Assembly (NCBI GenBank): GCA_964431025.1
Contig: CAYSIB010000001.1
Span: 9,457 to 73,456, forward strand
Reading direction: 5' to 3'
Source: an uncultured Candidatus Saccharibacteria bacterium
Lineage (GTDB): Bacteria > Patescibacteriota > Saccharimonadia > Saccharimonadales > Saccharimonadaceae
Length of the DNA: 64,000 nucleotides
Shown here: piece by piece, positions 20,162 through 28,022 of the stretch
Numbering within the stretch: the stretch's first letter is position 1
Layout: the number at the start of each line of letters is the position of its first letter
Position numbers and translations under genes: made by a program
Notes under the pieces: generated by a model
Told to the model about the DNA's origin: nothing
Seen by the model: only the letters and a program-made list of their open reading frames with translations
Databases searched by the model: none

Positions 20162-21454
20162 ATGAGTAAGAAGAGCGTGAAACTGGCTCCACAGCCGGAA
20201 GAAATTCCGGATGTTTCTGGTGCCGAAAAAGAAATCAAAATCAAACCTCCTAAAAATTCTAAGGCAGGGAAACGCAAAAAAGCTATCATTATTACCATAG
20301 TTGTCATTTTAATTTTGGCAGCCCTAGGCGGTGGCGGTGCGGCACTTTATTTCCTAGTGTTTAACAAACCAAAAGACGAAGCACCTGCACAAGAAGAACA
20401 GCCAAAAGAACCAGAAAAGCCAAAATATTACAGTAAACTCACTGGCCTCGAAATTGCTTCCGAAGAAGAAAATTCTTTGCCACTTTACTGTATGCAAATT
20501 CCAAACGGCGCCGATGGTCCACGCCCTCAGACCGGCCTAGATGAAGCTGGCGTAGTCTTTGAAGCTATTGCCGAAGCCGGCATCACCCGTTTTGCCGCTG
20601 TCTTCCAGAATCCAAAGAGCAAGACTCTTGGCCCAATCCGCTCGTTGCGTTCTTACTATCTAGATTGGGATACGCCATTTGACTGTGCCATTGTTCACGC
20701 TGGTGGCTCTGACGACGCCGTGGCCGCCGTCCGCTCTGGTGGTTACCACGATTTAACCGAGTCCGTCGTCTACATGTGGCGTGATTACGGTTCCTACTGG
20801 GCACCAAACAACCTCATGACTTCACCATCTCTCCTAGCTGACTTTGCCAAGGATAACGGTTATACTACTGCTAACCCTCAGACCTTCCCACGCTTGTCCG
20901 CCCAAGAAGTTACCGACGCCATCGCCAAAACCAAAGCTCCAGAAAACACCGAAATAAATTGCGAAGGCCAAGAGGGGACCAACTGCGAAACTCCAGCCTC
21001 CGAGCTACCGTTCGTCCCACAAGTCGCCATCAACTTCGGCTCCGTCGCAACCTTTAACACGATTTACCAATACGACGTCGAGACCAATACCTATCGCCGC
21101 TCCTACGCTACTGGAGAAGAACACCTGGTCTACAACTGTGCCGATGCCGAAGTGTCCGAGCCTTCTCCTAAGAAAGACTGTGGTCTCGCCAAACAGCTTG
21201 CTCCGTCTGCCGTAGCCGTCATGATGGTCGACGAACGTCTTGATTCTGATAACTATCACCACGTCATCCAAACCATTGGTACTGGCACCGCCTACGTCTT
21301 CCAGAACGGCACCGCTGTTAAGGGCACTTGGAAGAAAACTACCAAGGCCTCCCAAATCATCTTTGAAGATGAATCTGGCAACGTCATTTCCTTCACCCCA
21401 GGTCAGCTCTGGATCGCCGCCATCCCAAATTACGGTGGCTCCGTCCAATTCTAG
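20162..21454 (+). CDS. DUF3048 domain protein
   Basis: RPQTGL, EAGITRF, GPIRSLR, PNN motifs. Confidence 0.82.
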   Translation: MSKKSVKLAPQPEEIPDVSGAEKEIKIKPPKNSKAGKRKKAIIITIVVILILAALGGGGAALYFLVFNKPKDEAPAQEEQPKEPEKPKYYSKLTGLEIASEEENSLPLYCMQIPNGADGPRPQTGLDEAGVVFEAIAEAGITRFAAVFQNPKSKTLGPIRSLRSYYLDWDTPFDCAIVHAGGSDDAVAAVRSGGYHDLTESVVYMWRDYGSYWAPNNLMTSPSLLADFAKDNGYTTANPQTFPRLSAQEVTDAIAKTKAPENTEINCEGQEGTNCETPASELPFVPQVAINFGSVATFNTIYQYDVETNTYRRSYATGEEHLVYNCADAEVSEPSPKKDCGLAKQLAPSAVAVMMVDERLDSDNYHHVIQTIGTGTAYVFQNGTAVKGTWKKTTKASQIIFEDESGNVISFTPGQLWIAAIPNYGGSVQF

Positions 21455-21495
21455 CAGGGCATAAAAATGGACCGTGAAATTCACGGTCCTTTTTC

Positions 21496-22035
21496 TTATT
21501 CTGCATTTTCTGCGTCTTCGCCTTCTTCGACAAGTTTAATCTTCTTAACAAAGAAAGTCACGCTCTTGATTGCGGCCATGATGTCCGCGTCAGATCCAGT
21601 CTTAAGGAGCTTATTTACCGCTCTGACATATGGATCCTTAGGATCTATCTCTTTAACCTCATATGCTGTTTTCTCCAGCATATACCTGGTGTCCTCGATA
21701 TCTCCTTCAATCAAACCCTTAATATTAGGGTCGATTCGATCAGTAGCATTGCACAATGCATCCAGCAACTGTTGGCGTCCAGAAGGACGAGTCAATGAGA
21801 AAACATGGTTGACTTTGACGTAAGGAATTGTGTCCTTACTGTCAGCCTTTTGATAAAACACGTAAGCTCTGTCGTCATCAGTTACACGAATAATCATCGT
21901 GTCACCGCGCTTCATGACATCGCTATACAGTATATCCATAAGCTCCATGACTCGCTGACCTGTACAGGCATTGATATCCATCTCCTCCTCTCCAGGACGC
22001 ACATCCAGGTGAATCTTAATCCATAACTTACCCAT
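21496..22035 (-). CDS. Hypothetical protein
   Basis: 179-aa ORF with SD ggaggt, fills the gap before tRNA-Glu. Confidence 0.7.
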   Translation of the reverse strand: MGKLWIKIHLDVRPGEEEMDINACTGQRVMELMDILYSDVMKRGDTMIIRVTDDDRAYVFYQKADSKDTIPYVKVNHVFSLTRPSGRQQLLDALCNATDRIDPNIKGLIEGDIEDTRYMLEKTAYEVKEIDPKDPYVRAVNKLLKTGSDADIMAAIKSVTFFVKKIKLVEEGEDAENAE

Positions 22036-22198
22036 ACTAATTTACCTCCATCTATATTCTCGGGTTTACGGTATTTTCTGGTAACTGCAGAATTTTAATG
22101 TACCATCTTTTCATTATAGCACACTTTAGCAATAAAGTCAAGGCTTGAGGCTCTAAACCCCTTGAAATATAGTCATTTTCGTGCTAAAATAGCGACAT

Positions 22199-22275
22199 GG
22201 TTCCGTCGTCTAGTGGTCTAGGACGTCTGGTTCTCATCCAGAAAATCGCGGGTTCGACTCCCGCCGGAATCACCA
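22199..22275 (+). tRNA. tRNA-Glu(CTC)
   Basis: Acceptor ggttccg/cggaatc, anticodon arm tctgg-ttCTCat-ccaga, GGTTCGACTCC, encoded CCA. Confidence 0.95.
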
Positions 22276-22281
22276 TTATTT

Positions 22282-23733
22282 ATGAAATCTTTACCTATTG
22301 TTGCATTAATCGGGCAAACCAACGCTGGCAAATCTAGCTTGCTCAACCGTTTCGCCCACAAAAACATCGCTATCGTTGCACGCGAAGAGGGAACTACCAG
22401 AGATAATGTCGTGGCACGAATCGATGATTCTTTTTTGTTAATTGATACTGCTGGATTAAAAGCGCCAACTGATGATTTTGAAGCTGGAATTCAAGATCAA
22501 ATTGCTGACGCCATCGACTCCGCAAACATCATCTTACTAACCCTTGATAGCACTAAATATTTTGACCACCGCGACAAAAACATCGCCAAAATGGCACTCC
22601 GCTCTAAGAAACCGATTTTTCTCGTCTTGAACAAATCTGACCGTGGCGAAGCTCTAGATATTAACGAATTCCGCGCCCTCGGCATCGATGAAAGCAGAAT
22701 TTTCCGCACCAGCGCCACCACCGGAGCTGGCATCCACGAACTAAAAGAAGCGATTGTACGAGAATTATCAGAACACGAATTCTCGGGGCACCGGCTGCGC
22801 GGCCCGTCGTCACGGGCGCTACGCCTATCGCCACGCTCGACGAAAGTCGCGGAGATCCCCGAGAATTGTGTTTCTAATAATTCTCCCCTAAAGATTGCTC
22901 TCATTGGTCGCCCAAACGTCGGCAAATCGTCCTTGTTTAATTCCTTAGCCAAAAAGCAGCAAGCTCTAGTTTCTTCCCGCCAGGGTACTACTCGCGATGT
23001 CAACCGCGTCGAGGTAAAATACAAGGATAGAACCCTAGAAATCCTTGATACTGCCGGTTTACGCAAGCCGGGCAAACGCGAAGTTGGCATTGAAAAGTTT
23101 TCCGCTATCCGTACTCTTGCCGCCATCGAGGAAGCCGATATTTGCGCGCTGCTCGTTGACTCCACCGAACCTCACAGTAAACTCGATCAGAGTCTCGCTG
23201 GCCAAATTGTCGAAGCCGGTAAGGGAATCATCATGGTCGTTACCAAATCTGACCTCTTAGAAAACGCCGAGCCAACTAATTATTTTGGCGAAGAAAACAT
23301 CAAAAATCGAACGTCCGCCGATTTCTTGCTCGACCAACTAGAACATGATTTTGACTTCCTGCCTTACGCTCCTGTGCTTTTCACCAGCAGCGAAACAGGG
23401 AAGAATGTCACCAAACTCTTTGACCTCGCCCTTGATATTGACGAAGCCCGCCACCACGAAATTAAGACTTCCGATCTAAATCACATTCTTCGCACTGCCA
23501 TGAGCGAGCATCTCCCAGCCGGCCTCAAAAACACCCATCCAAAGCCAAAATACATCGTCCAGACCGACACTTGTCCGCCTTGGTTCGTGATTCATGGCCA
23601 TGAGCTAGAACTATTACACTGGTCTTATAAGCGTTTCTTAGAGAGAAAAATCCGCGAATTCTACCCATATCTTGGCACCCCAATTATGTTCTCTTTTAGA
23701 AACGACAAGAACGACAAGAAAACCGCCGACTAA
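22282..23733 (+). CDS. der: Ribosome biogenesis GTPase Der
   Basis: Two G-domains (GQTNAGKS/DTAG/NKSD and GRPNVGKS/DTAG/TKSD) plus KH-like C-terminus. Confidence 0.95.
   Translation: MKSLPIVALIGQTNAGKSSLLNRFAHKNIAIVAREEGTTRDNVVARIDDSFLLIDTAGLKAPTDDFEAGIQDQIADAIDSANIILLTLDSTKYFDHRDKNIAKMALRSKKPIFLVLNKSDRGEALDINEFRALGIDESRIFRTSATTGAGIHELKEAIVRELSEHEFSGHRLRGPSSRALRLSPRSTKVAEIPENCVSNNSPLKIALIGRPNVGKSSLFNSLAKKQQALVSSRQGTTRDVNRVEVKYKDRTLEILDTAGLRKPGKREVGIEKFSAIRTLAAIEEADICALLVDSTEPHSKLDQSLAGQIVEAGKGIIMVVTKSDLLENAEPTNYFGEENIKNRTSADFLLDQLEHDFDFLPYAPVLFTSSETGKNVTKLFDLALDIDEARHHEIKTSDLNHILRTAMSEHLPAGLKNTHPKPKYIVQTDTCPPWFVIHGHELELLHWSYKRFLERKIREFYPYLGTPIMFSFRNDKNDKKTAD
22760..22885. repeat. 126-bp in-frame palindromic element within the der inter-domain linker
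   Basis: 29-bp imperfect inverted arms gagaattatcagaacacgaattctcgggg / ccccgagaattgtgtttctaataattctc around a GC-rich core. Confidence 0.75.
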
Positions 23734-23819
23734 TCCCCAAACCATGTTATAATAACGCCATGTGGGCGCTCTGCCCACTTTTGCGCATTGTGCATGTTCT
23801 TTAAGAAGGAGGTGTTATT

Positions 23820-25361
23820 ATGTCTCATTACCATAACTACATTGTTGCGGCTATGGATATGTTGGTTGGAGACCCAGACGTAATTGACCCAGATGAGATT
23901 AAGCCTGACACTAAGAAAAAGGCTGACTTTCTCTGCATTCCAATCCAATATCTGGATAAACTTGGTGAATGGCGCCACGAGCTCAGTTCTCGTGGTGAAG
24001 CTTCTAAGCGTTTGATAAATTCTATGGGCGGCATGTTATCTTATCTTAACAATAACCCAAATTCTGAAAACGCTTTTACTCTTGCAAACGGCATGAAAGT
24101 GGTTTTTCGCGAAGTGCCACATAGCATTGAGGCGCACAGCACTCAGCTAGCTATCTCACTTGGCCAAGAACTCAAAAACAAGCTTGCCAATAAGAAAGGG
24201 TCCGTTGCCATCATGACTGGTAGCGATTGGATGGTAGCCAAAGCTTCGGCTGCACATATTGACGTTGCACGTATCAATCCAGAAATTTATACTGGTCGCA
24301 CCAAGGTTAAGCTGCCACTTGACGCTGCATCGCTTTGGACCAAAAACCGCCACATCTCTGATACGGAGTGGCATGATCTCTTTCCAAATAAACAAATTCA
24401 CTTCAATGAGTTTGTGGAATTTGAAATCGAGAACTTTGGCCAGACCAACAGCGGCTACGACAATATTGGACGTTGTACATTTGACGAGCATGGCAATCCA
24501 GCGATTATCCCGCTAAAGTACGTCAAATTTGCCTCGCCATCTTACCGCAACATCCGCCCTATCACCAATGTTCAAGCTATGTACATGGAGGCTTTACTTG
24601 CTCCAGTTGACGAGATCCCTATTGTGGTTTTCTCCGGCATCTTTGGCACTGGTAAAACATTCTTGGCCGTGGCCGCCGGACTAAACGGCGTTGGCTATCA
24701 CACCACTAAGCCAAACGTTCCATACGATCGTGTCTTCATCTGCCCACGCGATTCCGCGCTTGGCAAAGATGTCGGCTTCTTGCCAGGAGGCCTACCAGAC
24801 AAAACCATGCCTATGGCCATGCCCATCATCGACAACATCTATGATGTTATGAAAATCATCCGCGACACTGCCGGAACCGCCAAATATCCCGCAGTCGAGG
24901 AAAAGCCAAAAGATGATAACGGCTACAATAGCTCCAAGAAGCGCAATCGCAAGCATGCTAAGCCCCAAAATAATGACATTGCTATGGTTAGGAAAACTAG
25001 CTCTGGCACCATCAGCAAGGAAGTACTCGACATCGCAAACGAGTATTTTGAATTCCAACCCCTGGTTTATATGGGTGGACGTTCAATTTCCAATGCACTG
25101 ATCTACTACGATGAGTTCCAGGACGTAGAACGTTTCCAAGCTAGGGAATTAGTCAGTCGTCTCGGCAACGGCAGTAAAATGGTCATCACCGGCGATCCGT
25201 CTCAGCTTTCCAATCCTCATCTCAACCGCACTAGTAACGGCTTAAACTACATTGGCACCAAACTGGCCGACAAGCCTTATGCCGCCATCATTGGTCGCAC
25301 CGACGAAGATGAGATCGTTCGTCATTGGGTATTGCGCGAAGTGGCCAAGGCACTTAAATGA
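23820..25361 (+). CDS. PhoH-family ATPase with degenerate N-terminal PIN-like domain
   Basis: GIFGTGKT, GFLPG, GRSI, DEFQD, SRLGNGSKMVITGDPSQ. Confidence 0.85.
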   Translation: MSHYHNYIVAAMDMLVGDPDVIDPDEIKPDTKKKADFLCIPIQYLDKLGEWRHELSSRGEASKRLINSMGGMLSYLNNNPNSENAFTLANGMKVVFREVPHSIEAHSTQLAISLGQELKNKLANKKGSVAIMTGSDWMVAKASAAHIDVARINPEIYTGRTKVKLPLDAASLWTKNRHISDTEWHDLFPNKQIHFNEFVEFEIENFGQTNSGYDNIGRCTFDEHGNPAIIPLKYVKFASPSYRNIRPITNVQAMYMEALLAPVDEIPIVVFSGIFGTGKTFLAVAAGLNGVGYHTTKPNVPYDRVFICPRDSALGKDVGFLPGGLPDKTMPMAMPIIDNIYDVMKIIRDTAGTAKYPAVEEKPKDDNGYNSSKKRNRKHAKPQNNDIAMVRKTSSGTISKEVLDIANEYFEFQPLVYMGGRSISNALIYYDEFQDVERFQARELVSRLGNGSKMVITGDPSQLSNPHLNRTSNGLNYIGTKLADKPYAAIIGRTDEDEIVRHWVLREVAKALK

Positions 25362-25393
25362 CTAAGGCAAAACGCGTTACCATACCTCCTCCC

Positions 25394-25423
25394 AAAGCCC
25401 CCACTCCATCGTGGGGGCTTTTT
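25394..25423 (+). terminator. Intrinsic terminator after PhoH gene
   Basis: aaagcccccac-tccatc-gtgggggcttttt. Confidence 0.7.
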
Positions 25424-25449
25424 CATGCCTCCTATGGTATAATTGGGGC

Positions 25450-26007
25450 ATGAAATTAGTCGTTGGTTTTGGTAATCCAGAGAATAAATACAATTTTACT
25501 CGCCATAACACCGGATTTTTGGCGCTGGATTTTTATGCCAAGGTCAAAGGCCTAGACTGGGAGAGTGCGCCCAAATTCAACGCCACCTGGCTTAAATCCG
25601 ACGACGCTATTTTTATCAAGCCTCTGACTTATTACAACGACGTCGGCGACGCCATTTCCGCTTTTGCCAAGTTTTATAAGATTCCTACCTCTGATATTTT
25701 AATCGTTTGCGACGACTTTAACCTTGATTTTGGTAAAACCAGATTCCGTACCTCTGGCTCCGCCGGAGGAAACAATGGCCTCAAATCTACTATTGAGAAA
25801 CTCAGCACCGAAGATTTCCCAAGACTCCGCATCGGCACAGATAATGCTATGCGCATCGGCTCTAACCTCAAAACCGGCGAACCTACCGATGGCAAGATTT
25901 CCGATATCGACTTCGTCCTCAGTAAATTCACTCCTGAAGAGAAAGAAAAACTACCAGCTCTTCTTCGCGACATCGTCTCCCAGATTGACAATTGGCTAAC
26001 AATTTGA
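25450..26007 (+). CDS. pth: Peptidyl-tRNA hydrolase
   Basis: GFGNP, TRHNTG, CDD, GGNNG, RLRIG. Confidence 0.95.
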   Translation: MKLVVGFGNPENKYNFTRHNTGFLALDFYAKVKGLDWESAPKFNATWLKSDDAIFIKPLTYYNDVGDAISAFAKFYKIPTSDILIVCDDFNLDFGKTRFRTSGSAGGNNGLKSTIEKLSTEDFPRLRIGTDNAMRIGSNLKTGEPTDGKISDIDFVLSKFTPEEKEKLPALLRDIVSQIDNWLTI

Positions 26008-26011
26008 TAAA

Positions 26012-26080
26012 CTACAGACATAGGAGAACCCACCGAAAAGTGTCCGGATGGACAGCTGCGATTATGCTAGGTGGACCCTT
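26012..26080 (-). ncRNA. Putative structured RNA directly downstream of DUF3800 gene
   Basis: gggtccacc...ggtgggttc closing stem with internal tgtcc/ggaca hairpin, a few nt after the stop; position matches the described DUF3800-associated RNA motifs. Confidence 0.5.
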
Positions 26081-26082
26081 TT

Positions 26083-26676
26083 TTATTTGATCTCATCTAC
26101 TAATTTAATTTTGTCTTTGATTAATTGAAACAGATTCAAGTCGTCCCTCTTTTCAGAATAACGCCTATGTATTATGCCAGATATAATATCAGCAAGCTGA
26201 AGCCCATTGTATGATTTTGAATTTCCATATTTAAAATTACGCAAAGGATATTTTAGGGCTGTCCTTAAAAATGTTCTAATCTTCCTTTGATGCTCTTGTC
26301 CGAAAGAACCATCCACAAGCACCCTCAAATCTTTTTGCTTTATTAGATTCAACAAGCGCGCCAACATATAGTTGTATACGGAAGCAGAATTATCAATCTG
26401 AAAAGTTCTATCTTTTCTCAAAATCAAACAGTAAATCTCGAAATTATATTTACTAACCCCTAACAATAGATCGCGCAATACCTGTTTTCTTGTCTTTACA
26501 AACTTAAACTCAGCATCGCTCGACCAGTTAATACCTCTCTTAAAACCATCCATATAACTATCTAGCTTCAAATATTCTTCTTCACTCAGAATCACGACTG
26601 CAATCATGACGAATTCGCCTTGCTCATTTTTTATTCCAGGATTTCCAGATTCATCTATAAAAACTAACTTTTTCAT
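26083..26676 (-). CDS. DUF3800 domain protein
   Basis: VFIDESG at N-terminus, LQLADIISG near C-terminus. Confidence 0.87.
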   Translation of the reverse strand: MKKLVFIDESGNPGIKNEQGEFVMIAVVILSEEEYLKLDSYMDGFKRGINWSSDAEFKFVKTRKQVLRDLLLGVSKYNFEIYCLILRKDRTFQIDNSASVYNYMLARLLNLIKQKDLRVLVDGSFGQEHQRKIRTFLRTALKYPLRNFKYGNSKSYNGLQLADIISGIIHRRYSEKRDDLNLFQLIKDKIKLVDEIK

Positions 26677-26678
26677 CT

Positions 26679-27575
26679 TTAACCCTTCATCATCCATTTG
26701 TTCATGCCAAGACTCATTACTAATCCCTTAATTTCCAATATCGTAATCGCCTGAGAGAACTCCGTCGCCGACATCTTTAGCTTCTGAATAATTTCATCTC
26801 CATCTTGTACACCTTCAAAAATCAGCGTCAAAATCGCCTTTTCCACCTCTGTTTCCGCCTTCAAAAGTAGCTTATTTAGCAGCTTTTTTGAGCGCCTTTT
26901 TACGATTCTCTCAGGGAAGAGCAAATCAAGCAGATCATCCGGCTCCGTATAGGGAATCGCTCCCTGTTTTAACAACTTATTACATCCAACAGAGGTAGGC
27001 TTAGTAATATCTCCCGGAGCCACCAAGAGGTCCACCCCCATATCTAGCGCATGCACTGCCGTATTGAGCGTACCGCTATGATCCGCCGCCTCTGCAATTA
27101 GCACCGCATCGGATAGCCCCGCAATAATCCGATTCCGCGCCAGAAACCGCGCTTTTATATCCGGAAGACCTAGAGGAGTGTCGTTTGGCCCATATTCCGA
27201 TATCACCGCTCCACCACTGCTCACAATCTCCTCTGCCAACCTCTTGTGGCATCTCGGATATATCTCTGTTATTGGTGTACCCAGCACCGCTATCGTCACT
27301 CCACCCGCATCTAATGCCGCCCGGTGTGCCACCGAATCTATCCCATAGGCCAGTCCAGATACTACCACCGCCCCAGCTTTTGCCGCCTCATAGGCCGCCC
27401 TATATGCCACATCATAACCATATTGCGTATTCCGTCTTGACCCCACAATTGCCACGGTTTTTTGCCGAAAATCCGGCAAATTTCCGTAATAATACAACAT
27501 TTTTACATTAAGCACAAGCCTTTTTAACACCTCTGTAAAATCACTCTCCAGAGGTCGAATTTGTTTGATTTCCAT
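26679..27575 (-). CDS. dprA: DNA-processing protein DprA
   Basis: AIVGSR, VSGLAYGID, RNRIIAG, SGTLNT, winged-helix C-terminus. Confidence 0.95.
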   Translation of the reverse strand: MEIKQIRPLESDFTEVLKRLVLNVKMLYYYGNLPDFRQKTVAIVGSRRNTQYGYDVAYRAAYEAAKAGAVVVSGLAYGIDSVAHRAALDAGGVTIAVLGTPITEIYPRCHKRLAEEIVSSGGAVISEYGPNDTPLGLPDIKARFLARNRIIAGLSDAVLIAEAADHSGTLNTAVHALDMGVDLLVAPGDITKPTSVGCNKLLKQGAIPYTEPDDLLDLLFPERIVKRRSKKLLNKLLLKAETEVEKAILTLIFEGVQDGDEIIQKLKMSATEFSQAITILEIKGLVMSLGMNKWMMKG

Positions 27576-27594
27576 AAAAAATATGAAAAAAGTA

Positions 27595-27623
27595 TTGACT
27601 TATTTTTTTAAGTGTGATATACT
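27595..27623 (+). promoter_or_regulatory. Near-consensus sigma70 promoter with no adjacent credible ORF
   Basis: TTGACT-17 nt-TATACT with extended -10 TG. Confidence 0.65.
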
Positions 27624-27813
27624 AAAAACAGTTAGGGCCTAAAACCCTAAACTGCACCTAAATAAATCATAATTTCTACTTTCATTTTAGCATATTTTGC
27701 TAAAAAGAAAGAGAAGTTGCGTGTTCTTAAAAACTTTCGGGTTTATGATTTCTCTTTACGGTCATAAACTTTTAAGTATTACCTCCACTTTGAAAGCCTT
27801 TAAGGACATAGCA

Positions 27814-27973
27814 ACCCCCATAACCGGCGGGCCCCAATTGTGTGAGGTGGGTCGCGCTTCCGGGGCTTCCCCGGTATCTGGAAAAGAAGCGTTATGGGGT
27901 ACCCAAAGAACCTCTAGACGGGATTAGGTGATGCCCACCCTTACCTAATCCCATCCAGAGGTTTTTTGGTGCC
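27814..27973. other. Two adjacent GC-rich stem-loop structures upstream of topA
   Basis: ccccataac/gttatgggg closing a branched fold, then a roughly 75-nt long hairpin (gggattaggt/acctaatccc, aacctct/agaggtt). Confidence 0.5.
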
Positions 27974-28022
27974 TTTCTTCTGTCAAAATGCTCATGCTTG
28001 ACACGTGTGCTACAATTAAGTT

